Source of the DNA: Octopus sinensis
Taxonomy: Eukaryota
DNA: 57,230 nt
Direction of reading: 5' to 3'
Assembly (NCBI RefSeq): GCF_006345805.1
Contig: NW_021833631.1
Coordinates: forward strand, 1-57,230
Position numbers and translations under genes: made by a program. The notes below the pieces were generated by a model. It ran no database searches. It was not told where the DNA came from and was given only the letters and a program-made list of their open reading frames with translations. Position 1 is the first letter of the stretch; each line of letters starts with the position of its first letter. This document shows, one piece after another, positions 1 through 13,210 of this stretch.

Positions 1-136
1 AAGAAAAAAACATTTACCCTTTATTTCCTGTACCATGCATGGTTTCAAGCAATCTTTAGTAAACAATATAATTTACACTAGCGAAGCTATTGTCAGCAGG
101 AAAGCCTAAATTAACATATAAAAACGAGGCGATATT

Positions 137-167
<31 letters not shown>

Positions 168-169
168 AC

Positions 170-217
<48 letters not shown>

Positions 218-408
218 ATGGAATAATTACTATGAAGTATTTTGTAGAATATATTGTATAAAGGATCGTGGGTAAGGTGAGAAAAATACGGACTAAATGC
301 TAGGTAAATCACAAGAAACAAATATATGAATTAACATTAATTCATATATTTGTTTCACGTGATTTACCTTAAATTTACTTCGCATTGTTCTGGGCATACC
401 CATGATCC

Positions 409-442
<34 letters not shown>

Positions 443-744
443 CACATACATACATACATACATACATACATACATACATACATACATACATACATACATA
501 CACACACACACATATTTCAAGGGAAAACGAGTACGTATAGAAGTCGCCAACATGCTAGAAAAAGATACCAATGACCAAAATCTACCTAAATATATCACCG
601 TGAAGTATAAACATGCGCCGTACTTGTTGAAATAAAAGATCAGATTCATGAAACGGTTTAATTACATAACAATTGATTTCAAGATTAAAGGGTAATCCTT
701 TTTTCTATCATCACCCTCTGCATCATTACCCTCCGTAAAACATC

Positions 745-870
745 CCAAATTTTATTTACTTTGCGGGAAGGATTGTTTCAACGAAGTTGCGTCTCGTCCT
801 TACCTTCGAACGCGGAGTAGACGAAACTGAAGAAGGGGAATATTCCTTGTGTTGTATGTTTTGTACTCTG
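745..870 (+). repeat. Interspersed repeat of unknown class; inverted homolog at ~1612-1745
   Basis: Blocks gcgggaagg / cttaccttcgaacgcg / ctgaagaaggggaatattccttgtgttgtatg match the reverse complement of 1612-1745 (gcaggaagg / cttgccttcgaaacacg / ctgatgattggggatttttccttgtgtagtatg). Confidence 0.6.
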
Positions 871-1129
871 TTTCTTTTTTTCGTTGTTTGAAAAAAAGTT
901 CGTTTCTGTGTTTTTGCTTTTATGTTTTCGTTTCGCATTGTGTTCCACATTTTTTATGTCCTGTATCCATATATGCATGTACATATACAATATATGTAGG
1001 TATGTACATATATGTATGTATGTATGTTGCATATATTTATATATTATTTATATTATATATGTATATATTTATATGGTTATATATATGTATGTATATGTAA
1101 GTGCATGTATATGTATATCCGTATATATG

Positions 1130-1179
<50 letters not shown>

Positions 1180-1269
1180 ACATGTATATATATATATATA
1201 TATATATTATGTGTGTGTGTGTGTGTGTGGTGAGAGAGAGAGAGAGAGAGTATGTGTGTGTGTGTGTGT

Positions 1270-1405
1270 ATGTGTATGTGTGTTTACCCCCCTTGACAAT
1301 CGAGTTGTGGTGTTTACGTCTCCGCAACCTCGCCATTTGGCAAAACAAACGGATAGAATCAGTACTAGGTTTACAAACAATAAATCCTGGGATCGATTTT
1401 TTCAA
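1270..1405 (+). mobile_element. SINE family 1, 3' fragment
   Basis: cttgacaatcgagttgtggtgtttacgtc...ggcaaaacaaacggatagaatcagtactagg...cctgggatcgatt matches the 3' half of fuller copies (20930-21335, 47553-47925). Confidence 0.75.
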
Positions 1406-1496
1406 ATAAAGGTAGTGCATGAGCATGACCGAAGAAAATAAAACAATAAAAAAACTATGCCATTTTAACCCCGTGAAACGCCGGGTATCTCTGCTA

Positions 1497-1498
<2 letters not shown>
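1406..1498 (+). mobile_element. Probable Helitron 3' terminus
   Basis: GC-rich cccgtgaaacgccggg hairpin-like motif (1470-1485), then CTAG at 1494-1497 followed by T. This matches the known Helitron 3' end architecture. Confidence 0.6.
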
Positions 1499-1531
<33 letters not shown>

Positions 1532-1611
1532 AATGCATACATACAAACATATATGTACGTACCTACATATGTACGTACCTACATCTACATGTATATATAC
1601 ATGCATATATA

Positions 1612-1745
1612 GGACGTACAGGACATACTACACAAGGAAAAATCCCCAATCATCAGCTGTCGCTAGTTAGACTCAAGCGTGTTTCGAAGGCAAGACAGGA
1701 CACGACTCGTCAAAACTAGGCCTTCCTGCGAGAAAATTAAAATAA
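1612..1745 (-). repeat. Interspersed repeat, inverted homolog of 745-870
   Basis: By-eye alignment to 745-870. Confidence 0.6.
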
Positions 1746-1894
1746 AATTACCTCGCAGAGGGGTAAAAACAAGCAAGAAAAAAATGTAACACAAACAGGA
1801 CGTAAAAACGATACGAATAAAACTGCACAATAAAATACAAGATAAAAATACATGTACAAGAAAATACAAAACGAGAAATAAAAAGAAATTTGGG

Positions 1895-2135
1895 GAATAG
1901 AGTGCCTCTCTGACCAGATTCTCTGGTCAGCTTTCTCTGACATGGTCAGTGCGACGATCACATGTTACACACGTTCCTTCCAAACACTGCTGTAAACAGC
2001 GGAAGTGAACTAGGACGTTGAAACTTAGTGTGTATGCACAGCAGTGTTCAAGGTCAATCTGGTCAAGAGGCTTAACTCTGTGTACTTTTAGCTTCGTTAC
2101 TTTGGCAACTGTCTGGATACTTATTGATCAGACCA
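1895..2135 (-). mobile_element. Mariner left-end fragment, same family as 26460-27292
   Basis: Reverse complement tggtctgatcaataagtatccagacagttgccaaagtaacgaagctaaaa... matches the terminus of the 26460 element and includes a transposase start (MSEKADQRI). Confidence 0.85.
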
Positions 2136-2365
2136 TTTATATATACAGTATGTGCATATATATGTAAGTATGTAGTATGTATGTATGTATGTATGTATGT
2201 ATGTATGTATGTATGTATGTATGCTGTATGTATGTATGTATGTATTATGTATGTATGTATGTATGTATGTATGTATGTATGTATGTATGTATGCATGTAT
2301 ATGTGCATGTATGTATATGTGCATGTGTGTATGTAAGTATTGATATTAGTATGTATTGATATTAG

Positions 2366-2405
<40 letters not shown>

Positions 2406-2739
2406 CATACATGCATGCATAATGTATGTATATGCATGTCCACACACTCTCTGCACACATACTAATACGCTACTTTATCCAATTTTTGTTTTTATTAAGA
2501 CTAAACTTCACATCAACATATTCTTTATCTCATTCTTTCCCAACAATTTCTCTATTTGTGTTTACTTGTTTAACCTTAAAGATTTTACAGAAATTAGGAA
2601 ATGAAGTTTATTTCAGAAATTCCTTCTCCTGAAATAACAACATTGTATTAGAAGGAGATAAAATACTGTAACCTGCTTTTGAAGCGTTCAACTTTTACCA
2701 TCTTACACTGTATACTATTTAGCATTGTCTCTTAATCAG

Positions 2740-2799
2740 ATTTTTCTCCTGTTGTTCACGTTCGCAAGGATTTCTAAATATCTGTCTCCCTCTATGCAA
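2740..2799 (+). other. Candidate 60-bp exon (phase 2-2: FFSCCSRSQGFLNICLPLC)
   Basis: Acceptor ttgtctcttaatcAG and donor CAA|GTATGT; open in two frames; CC-x8-C-x3-C pattern. Confidence 0.25.
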
Positions 2800-3046
2800 G
2801 TATGTACACAAGTTGTTCATATGCTTCTCTGTCACCTCTTTCTAGCTTCACTCCATCTCTCTCCATCCCTCCCCCTCACTCTTTGTTCCTTACATATGTT
2901 TGTGTATGTATATATATATATATTATATAATATATATATATACATATGTGTGTGTGTGTATGTATATACATATATATATACATATATATGCACATTATAT
3001 ATGTGATGTATGTATATTATACAAGTATATTATACGTGCATGCGTG

Positions 3047-3116
<70 letters not shown>

Positions 3117-4247
3117 TGTATAATGTATATGTACTCATGCACATATATATACTTATATGTACGCATCTATGTGAATATTTATGTGTGTGTGTGTGTGATC
3201 GGGTTTATAAACTATCTATACTGCGCCTAAATTCATCGACATACATATGTATACTGTCAAATACTTTCTACTACTGTTGAACAGTCATCTAGACATACAC
3301 AGATCTTCATAGGCTAAAGCATATTCACAGAAACACAGACGTTCACATACCTGTCATGGAGGAAATCGCATGAACTTATATATACGCAAGTTGAAATATA
3401 TGTAAAATTCATTTCCTTCAAACCAGATTTTTATTTTATCTCAGCTGTTCATGTGTGTGTATGGTGGGGTGTAACACAACTAAACAGACACAACCAAGTA
3501 TCACTGCTACGTATATTATTTGGAATTATTTGAAATTAGACCAAAACTGGTGTGGACATTAATTTAACGTATCATTTTCGAGAACCACAGGACCTTGATG
3601 TGTATAAGCCTTTTTATGACGACCAAACACCTGTTTTCAAGGAATGAAGATTTAGATAGTGATCGACAAGTAATATTAATTAAAATAGTTGTTACCAAAT
3701 GTGTATCTGAATATAGCAGGATGTCATTATCATTGTACCACGATTTTGTTCGCTTTAATTTTTAGTTAATAATTTAAGTCTCGTTTTTCGGCTGTTTGAT
3801 TTAAGATATATGTTACGTTTTATATGAAGTCTTACATTCAGGTAAAGGCCACTGGTTTAAGGTTGTATATCCACCATTAAAAAATGACCATTCAAAGCTC
3901 ATGTACATATCTACCTTCAGTATATATAAATTACTACTAATATAAAATTTACCATTAAATCTTCCCACACGCTAATGAATTTTTCTGTATCAACTTCAGA
4001 CTGTAACATTCTATTTTCATTAATATCCTGAGTATACCGTAAGTATTCCAAATTCATCATTTCTGACTCATCTCTTCAACAAAACTTGAAAACGTTAACC
4101 GTATTAACCTCAAACTATTAATTTTACATATCAGCCACTAGTTGAACACATTATCCAAGCTGAGTTTATACTGATATTTATTTTATCGACCCGGAAGGAC
4201 GAAATGCAATGCAGCTGAAACTCGTTGCTTATTGCTTGTGTGTGTGT

Positions 4248-4298
<51 letters not shown>

Positions 4299-4464
4299 TG
4301 TGTGTGTGTGTGTGTTATAAATTTAAAATAGGGCAAGTTAAAAAATGAAATGTGCTGACAATGATCTGGAAATCTAAATTTACAATTCAGAGTAAGAACA
4401 TCAAATGTAAATTAGACGCGGTTACAAGGATCCCACCTTCATAACATTGCCCTCCCCACGGAAA

Positions 4465-4918
4465 AGGTGGCAACTCGCAATTTACAACCGAAAGGCAACA
4501 AGTATAGTCATCATTAAAGTGAGGAAAGGTGCTAGTGAGCACCAGCATCGCTAGAGATAAGAGTCAAAACAACTCTAGCCACGTGAGAGCACTTTTCTAA
4601 TGACTGACAAGGGAAACATGCTCCCTACGGCAAGCGAGTCATATCAGCGCTGATTTCCGATTTAATCAATCTTCATCAGTGACCCATTATTCCGTCGCCG
4701 ATGGTTAAAGAACTTAATCCACCCTGTCAGTCTTATAGATAAGATCTTAGGAAACATTGACTGATTCTGAAAATGGTGAAATGAGAATTATAAATTAATA
4801 AGGTGGCTAATTCACAATTTACAAGCGAAACGCAACAAGTATAGTCGTCACTAATGTGACGGAGGATGCTAGTGACTACTCGCATTGACTAGCACTCACC
4901 GTCACTTTAGTGACGATT
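4465..4918 (-). mobile_element. Retrozyme/PLE-like non-coding unit (~337-bp period) containing a hammerhead motif
   Basis: Direct repeat at 4465-4535 and 4801-4873, with an HHR motif between them; a terminal hairpin abuts a TA/TG microsatellite. Confidence 0.6.
4636..4685 (-). ncRNA. Type I hammerhead ribozyme-like motif
   Basis: Minus strand: gggtca (I) CTGATGA a gatt-gatta-aatc g GAA atcag-cg-ctgat A tgactc (I'). Stem I 6 bp, stem II 4 bp, palindromic stem III, predicted AUA cleavage triplet. Confidence 0.7.
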
Positions 4919-4992
4919 ACACCATATATATGTGTGTGTGCGTATGTATGTGTATGTGTGTGTATGCGTGTGTATGTATATATGTATATGTA

Positions 4993-4994
<2 letters not shown>

Positions 4995-5039
<45 letters not shown>

Positions 5040-5106
5040 TTGTTTGTCTGTCTATCTGTCTAGCTACCTGTCTATCTACCTGTCTGCGTGCCTGTCTGTC
5101 TGCCTG

Positions 5107-5185
<79 letters not shown>

Positions 5186-5290
5186 ATCTATCTCTCTATC
5201 TATCTATCTAATTATCTGTCTGTCTGTCTATCTATCTATCTATCCTTCTATATATCTATCTGTCTATCTATCCTTCTATATATCTATCTG

Positions 5291-5373
<83 letters not shown>

Positions 5374-5400
5374 ACTATTTATCTATTTATCTATCTGTCA
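4995..5400. repeat. (TATC)n/(TGTC)n microsatellite array
   Basis: Seen directly. Confidence 0.98.
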
Positions 5401-8314
5401 ATCTATATAGTAGTCTAAGAATCTATAAGTCAGAAAAATATGCACTTTTATATATATATTTTTAGTAAATTTGTTAGTAAAGCTCGCATGTTAATCAATG
5501 TTTGCAATACTAGGAAGCCATTACAGCCGATGCTACCAGTCGGTTTCGCTCCGGATATTTGATAATGCATTATCTAATACATGTGCTCTTCGGGGAAGGC
5601 AGATGTAGGAAAATATGGTGACTTCTGAATGTCATTGGGGTTAGAAAATGTTGCATTGAAGCCAATTCGCGGGAGATAATCCTCGCGACCTGTTTGATCA
5701 TGATGTTAATAACATTTTACTTCTGCTGATTGTATGTCATCATAAAGTGACTCAAATGACATCAAGGTATTTGACAAGAATCAAGAAGACAGGCGGCATG
5801 AATGCCCGAAATATTTTACATTGTCTTCAAAATAGGATGATTAAACGGTGCTAATAGCTAACGTAATTTTGTTATAATTGGCACTGTTTTCTTCAAGTTT
5901 CCAGAAAACATAGCTATGCTTAACTTTTTCTGTTCGTAAGGGTGTTTCTTCTTCAGGTTATGGCTAAATGAAGTTTTACAAGTGGTTTTTAAGCAAAACG
6001 CCTATCTTTTGAACAGGTATCATTTTTAATGTGAACGATATTTGCTATGCCGTAAAATCATTTAACACTGGATTAAAATCGTTTCAATATGATTTCATTC
6101 TTTTTTTTATATATATATATATAACCAACAGAAGGTTCGTCTTTTGCCGCTTTATAACAATTAAGTAGTTTATAATAGAATTCATAATTCCATGAAATGT
6201 ATGTATGTTTGTATATTTGCTTGTTTATATAAATTAACTCCGTTCCTGTGAGGTCTGTCAGCAATTTACATGTTTTTTCATACTTTCAGCTATATCACCT
6301 TATTTAGTACATTTTCTTTATATGTATGCTTCTTTATTTCAGGGTATTTGAACAGCAGACCCTTTACAAAACACTTAGTATTTTAATATGTCTATTTTTT
6401 GTCTTACACATAAGTGTATCACAAGTGAAATAATAGTGCCCATAGCCTTTTCATGCCATACTTGACTAGATGGAAACACGAAAACAACAACGATAACAAA
6501 GTTTGCACGCAAGTTCAACCGAATTATATTATATATCTACGTAGGAAATTTATAAAAATGTATAAAGAATACATAGAAACATATGTGGGATACGAATACA
6601 TGCAAGTATGTATTCAGACATACATTCATACATAATCATACGCATACATAATCATGTATGTTTGCATGTATACATATATATGTACGTATGTATAATTAAA
6701 TACACACATATACATGAATGTATATGCGAATAGAACATATATATGTGTATATATATATATAAATATATTTATAACACACACACATACATAAATGTTTATG
6801 TATATATAATTAAATATATATATATATATTATACATACATACATGTATTGATGTTAAATATGTGTGTGTGTGTGTTTGTGTGCGTGCGTCGATGCGCGCA
6901 CATGCGAGTGTTTTCGTGTGTGTTTGTTTTGTATTCGAATTAAAATATTTGCTTTCTTCTCAAAAACAACAGTTAAACGTTATTATTAAATCTATTTTTT
7001 TTTTTAAAAAAGGAGGGAGAGAGATAGAGAAGGAGGAAGAAAAAGAAATCTCTACAGAGACTAAATAATGAATTCTGAAAATTTAAAATAAAGCAATAGA
7101 TAAATAAGATATATAATCAAAACATAAATTAAGAATGTAAACGTAAAAGAAAAACTAATAAATAAAAATAAAAATACATCTTCCTCTTCTTTTCCCACAC
7201 TCGATGAACGTTTAATCTTTGAGGACTTAAAATATTAGATTTCCGCTTTTTGGTTTTCTTGTTTGCTTTACAAATGTTTCACAACAATGGTATTCTGATT
7301 TTTTTTTCCGTGTTTCTTGTTTCTCGTGTGTTTTTTTAAAAATAGAAAATTCAAAGGAAACAGTGGAAAAGAAAAAAAAAAGTTATGAACAAAGAAAACA
7401 CAATCGAAACAAAACATGCAGACACGCAGATACGTACACATACGTGTGTTCGCAGTGCGCGCGAACACACAAACACACACACACACACACACACATACAC
7501 ACACACACACACACGTACATACATGCATACATGCATATAAAAATATAGGTATTCCTGTGTGCATGTGTACGAATACAAAATACAAACATCTACAGAGATG
7601 CATACAGGCAACACTTAGAGTGACAAGCGAATATACATACATACATGCATACATACACACACACATACATACATACACACACACACACATACATACAAAC
7701 ATACATACATATATACATACATATGCACGCAGACATATATACGTATATACATAACATATATATATATATATACATACATACATACATACATACATACATA
7801 CACATACATACATATATATAGAGAGATGGAGACAGTTCATTTTTGCATGAACCTAGATATAATATATATACATAAATACATACATACAGGCATACATATA
7901 TATATATATATATTATATCTAGGTTCATGCAAAAATGAAGTCTAATATTTACCACACATACACTTGAATACACACAGAAATACACCCACACATTTACAGA
8001 ATATATAAATGAAACAAATTTCATTACAAAAAAAGTTACTGAATTTTTTTTTCTTTCCAAATGAAGACGAAACAAAAGAAAAGTTGAACATTATCGTGAG
8101 AAAAAATAAGACTCTCTGGCTTTGCAGCAGATCACACATTTGAAGAGTTTACCGTTGCTGAAACCAGTATATTTCTGGTATTAATGTAAGCGGCTACAAA
8201 AATATGTATTCGATATTGACCGACTTTGTTTCAACTCAAAATATACTATGTTAATTTCTAACTTTAAACCCAGGATCTGAAATTATGTGTGAGGGCAGGT
8301 AATTAAATCGATCA

Positions 8315-8762
8315 GAGGCACAGGCGTGGCTGTGTGCTAAGAAATTTGCTTCCGAAGCAGATGGTTTTGGGGTTTAGTCTCACTGCGTGGCACCTTGGGC
8401 AAGTATTTTCTGCTCTAGTCTCGCGTCGACAAAAGCCGTGAGAATGGATTTAGTAGACAAAAGCTGGCGAGGCCCAGTGTATATGTGTGTATGTGAGTGT
8501 GTGTGCGTGTGTGTGTGAGTGAGTGCGTGCGCGCATGTGTGTGTGCATGTGTGCGTGTGTTTGTGTTTGTTTCTCGCCTCGATTGACAATTGGTATTAAG
8601 TCTCCGTAACTTAGCGGTGCGGCTAAGTGGACGATAAAATAAGTAACAGACTTTAGAACAAACGAAGTACAGAGGTCGATTCGTTGGCTAAATTTCTTCA
8701 AGACGGTAACCTAGCACGTCCGCAAGCCAAATGATTGAAACGAGTAAAAGAATAAAAGAGTA
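8315..8762 (+). mobile_element. SINE family 1, full-length (tRNA-like head, internal (TG)n, aaaagaat tail)
   Basis: ggcgtggctgtgtg...cactgcgtggcaccttgggcaag...(tg)n...caaatgattgaaacgagtaaaagaataaaag. Confidence 0.85.
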
Positions 8763-9039
8763 CAACAATAATACTGGACGGAAGATAAAAGTCATGTAAT
8801 CTCTACTGAATTTGGAATCACAACGCAAAAGTTCGGAAAAATTACCGCAAGTTTTGACCGAATTTTACAGTTTTTATTCACCTATAAACAACATAAATAC
8901 TCGTTCTCATTTAAAGGATGCCCTAAGATCTGAAACATACTGAATAATGTAGTCTTAGATCATTAAAAAAATGGGTAGTCTTTGATAGAATGCTTTTGAT
9001 TATAAATCTACACGAACTAACAAATGAAATATTGTTTTA

Positions 9040-10695
9040 GCTTTTTTTCCTTCTCTATTTCTTCCTATTTCCATCTGTCGAAGAGCGTAGACTCGAAACG
9101 TAAAAGACTTTTCCATTTCCCCGGGTGGCAAACTAATACACTTTCTTGTTGTTCCTACACCACTCTCCGTCTTTTGTTTTTCTATAAATTTCAACTATAT
9201 ATCTTATGCTGACGTGGGGTTACCCCAGTTTGATCCTGACTGAACCTCCTATTCTCTTGGACTTGCATATCTTAACCACTTTCAGGCCTTTCAACACCTT
9301 TCCTAATCCATACTCCAGCACTACATCAGGAATACCACTGGATATTCGTACTCTTTTGGGCTCTACCTTCACGGATTTCACTGTCTATTTTCATTAATAT
9401 AACTCGCTCTAATCTACCACTACTTTTGAATTTTCTGAACTTTAGTACTTTAATAGTTTGCCAGTCTCTCTCTTTTTACTTTTCTTACTTTTCTTTTTCT
9501 CTTTTTCCTTTTTTTCCTTTTCTCCTGTTTTCCTTTCTTCTCTTTTTTCTCTCCTTTCTCCTAATTATAAATCCTTCCAGCCCACCTTCACCAACAACTA
9601 AAATTAAGCATGTCCACGCTGCTTTCAACCTTCCATTAATCTTTCCCTACGGGTTTTAAAAAAAAAAATCGTTTCTGTAGTCATGCTTCCTTTCTCAGTC
9701 GTTGCCTACACCACCACCTCATTCCCAAAAGTTTCACCTCCATTTCCACCCTATTTTCCATTCTGCCTCTGCCATCATACCCATAATCCTCACCACTTCC
9801 TTCCGCCTTATACGTGCCACCATTCGTTCCAATCTCTCCAAATACACACCCTCCACTGTCTTCTCCCTCTCGCTTATTCCACCTGTTTTTCCTGCTGTCC
9901 ACCATCCGTTGCACATTCCACTTTACGCTTCATCCTCCATCTAAACCACATTTTCCACGACTTGCTCGCACTAAACAACATAAACTCTTTCATCCTGTTC
10001 CACCCGATGCCACTACACCTCTCCCACCCTGATCCACTTCCCTTCATGCTTACTCCTACCCTTCTTACCCACCACTTCCACCTCTCTCTCTCTTCCTAGC
10101 CGTCCACTGCCTCCGCCCCCACCTAATCCATCCTCCCCCCACCTAATCCATCCTCCCCCATTCCAGTCTGTTCTTACCATTTCCCCTCATCTCCCTCTCT
10201 CTGGAGCGGAGCGCACTCTCCTCAGTAAGGGTATGCGCTTCATCCCCCTCACTCCAGCCAATAATGAGTTTCAGACCCATGTTCATATTCAAAAACTTTG
10301 TGCGCCACGTCAGGTTACATGCACTATTCCACAACACTCCACCGGCATCTAATGGAGAAGACTGCTTCACTGACCTGGGCTGCCGCCCATCCCACTGGAC
10401 GCCAGCTCTTGGCCAGTTCCAAGCGGTTGATCATTTTTCAAATATCTGCCAACGTGTTGTGGATCGGTTCAACTTCCGCAGGCGTCCCTGACATTTCAAC
10501 ATCTTCTGGGCCGAACTCTCGTTCCTTCGATGTCTCCGACGCCGCAAAGATATCGTCATCAAACCGGCAGACAAGGGTGGAGCTGTAGGAGTGTGGAGCG
10601 CAGACATTTACAAGGCTGAAGCTATCCGTCAACTTCAAGACACCTCTTTCTATTGCCCTCTGTCCTCCAACACTACGCCTAACTGTGCCGGCCAC
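9040..10695 (+). mobile_element. Penelope-like element, 5' fragment: terminal repeat with degenerate HHR plus decayed N-terminal ORF
   Basis: VLSKGMRFIP (~10220) and LRRRKDIVIKPADKGGAVGVW (~10530-10600) are typical PLE pre-RT motifs. A degenerate ctgtcga-a-gag..ctc-gaaacgta motif lies at 9075-9102. Confidence 0.85.
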
Positions 10696-11589
10696 AGTCT
10701 AATGATACTAATTGGTTAAGCAGTTCTTTGGGGTTGTATCGAGCTGTATCGATATAATCTTGAATAAATATATCAATAATTACAATAAACCTTGGATGAA
10801 ATTTATACATATTTTAATGCATCGCTAGGATCTTTTTCAATTTTCAATCTCATCAATTCCTACTCGAATTGCTTCGAAATTCATTTTAAAATAAATCAAT
10901 AAGTAAAAAGTTATTAGCTTTTAAAATTTGAAAATTTTCAGCAATTTTAGCCAATCGTAAGCCACAGACACACTCATGCCTATTTCCATAGTAACAAGCC
11001 AAATATGAGAATTTTGTTGTCTGCGAGATAGCACGCGTTGACAAATATTCTACGTGAAAGTATGTGCGGCGACGCTGTGTGCTGCTGCTTGCGCTCATCT
11101 TCTGCTTGTACCCTGGTCGAGAGATGTGCTAAATATAAGCCGAATAGGCCTTAAATCTCTCACCCCTCATCCAATTACTTTTTCTTTTTTTGTTTTGGTT
11201 TTTGCATAATCGTATGAATTTCCGAATGTAGAATATAAATTTGCAAATTTTTCTGAAAAAAAAATATTGGTAGATAAAATGGGTTATATGTCGTGCGTAA
11301 AGCAGAAGTTGATTTATTAACAGTTTCATATTAAAGAACGTCATGTACAAAAAAAAAAAGAAGAAAAAACCCGGCTCCAAATCCTGTTTTCTTACTGGGT
11401 GAATTTTTTTTTCTGGAAAAAGTGAAATATCTCCTGTGATTCAGCTTGGAAAACTACGTTAATGTACCAAATTTTCAAATTTTTGTTAAACTTTGAATTT
11501 TCGAAAATCACACGTTTCTTAAGATCATAGTCCGTATACTTCGAATGACTACAGTGCAAGACCTGCCACCAGCTTCGCCCTCAGAAATA

Positions 11590-12066
11590 CAGTATTGTTC
11601 ATCGAGAGTTCGTCCCAAGGGTCAGACCGTCAATCGAGAGTTCGTCCCAATGGTCAGACCGTCAATCGAGAGTTCTACTGCGTTGTTTTAAAGCTTTCTA
11701 GGGAGAACATTCGGCAAAAGCGACCGCATCTGTGGACAGCAAAATATTGTATTTCCTACCGAGCTCACTTCACTCGTTAGTTTCTTGCCTAAAACAACAT
11801 AATATCGCTGCCGCACCCGTCCTATTCTCCAGATTTAGCATTTGCGGATTTCCATCTTTTCTCCATGATGAAAAGACAGCTCAAAGGTCACCGTTTTAAC
11901 ATCGTTGTTGAGATCCAGACCGAATCGCAGAAAGTCTATGACTCGCTTATGGAAAACGACTTCGAGGTGGCAGGAGCGCTGGGACCGGTGTATTGCTGCG
12001 TAAGGTGACTATTTTGAAGGAGATGAAGGTAAAACTTAGGTAAATAAGTTATTTGATACCACCTCG
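11590..12066 (+). mobile_element. Mariner transposase 3' fragment ending in a TIR (cctcg|TA)
   Basis: IVHREFVPKGQTVNREFYC...KRPHLW, PHPSYSPDLA and MKRQLKGHRF motifs. Confidence 0.9.
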
Positions 12067-12889
12067 TACCAAGGTTCTGTAAATTTGCAAAATAGGGAAC
12101 TAGAATGCACAACTACTCTATACAGGGGATAAAAATCTTTCTGGAGTTTCGAACACATGTCATTGTATGATTTATAATTTCCATTTCATTGTATTTCGTC
12201 GGTACATATATTTGTACTTACAAAGGTATTGGAATTATGGTGGCAGAGAGAGAGAGGGGGGAGAAAGAGAGAGATTGTTGGTAGGGAACAGTAGAAAGAC
12301 ATGTAAGAGGTTAACAAAAAAACATGTTGCAGTGAATGTGTTTTCTGATTAACATGTTGAAATCTTCAATAACAAAAGAAACTTAAAAGCCACATCTCCA
12401 TATAAATATATTAAGATTGGAAATTATAATAAGTTTATAAGCAGTAGAAACTTAAATAATTACTTTCTTTTTGTAAAGGCTACATATCCCCAACTAATTA
12501 ATAAGCAGTTTTCATTATGATATTATAGATATATATTAAATAATATCTGTATGGCAAAAGAAAAGGAGTTACGTATATTCTTTCGCTAGCTTTCAAGTGT
12601 TTCGGCTACAAAAAAACGAAAAAAAAAAAAACGTGCACTCCGAGTTGCGAGTTAGTACAATATCATTGCTTCTTTGGAGCCAATTCCATGCAGTGTATGT
12701 ATGTATGTATGTATGTATGTATGTATGTATGTATGTATGTATGTATGTATGCATGCATGCGTGTGTGTGTATGTATGTATGTATGCATGCATGCATGTAT
12801 GTATGTATGTATGTATGTATACATACATACATAATAGGAGTCTGTGTAATCTATTTCTCCTGTTGCAATATATGTAAAATACTGACTTC

Positions 12890-13096
12890 AAATTTTGGCA
12901 CAAAGCCAGTAATTACTGGGGAGTGAATAAGTCGATTACATCAACCCCAGTGCTCAACTGGTACTTATTTTATTAACCCCGAAACAGTGAAAGGCAAAAT
13001 CGACCTCGGCGGAATTTGAACTCCGAACGTGAAGACGGATGAAATGCTTCTAAATTTTAGTCCGGCGTGCTTAACGATTCTCCAGCTCGCCGCCCT
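12890..13096 (-). mobile_element. SINE family 2 (head ggcggcgagctgg...gttcaaattccgccgaggtcgac)
   Basis: tRNA-like A and B boxes on the minus strand; homologous to 13211-13340 and 27955-28180. Confidence 0.85.
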
Positions 13097-13210
13097 AATA
13101 TGTGTAAAATACTAGATCACAATAGCAACATACATTATATATAAAACATTGTTATTATGATTTAAAAAACAATAATATTGATTATGACAAAGTCGTTAAT
13201 ATATTTCATT

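Noticed and set aside
5530-5600. Additional minus-strand hammerhead (ccgaaga...gcgaaaccgactggta)
   Set aside because: No stem I pairing and an irregular stem II; too degenerate to call.
139-8140. Many [16 protein letters not shown] ORFs here and throughout the window
   Set aside because: They are translations of (TA)n, (TG)n, (TATG)n and (TATC)n.
11601-11674. CRISPR-like direct repeats
   Set aside because: Only two adjacent units with no spacers, inside a eukaryotic mariner relic.
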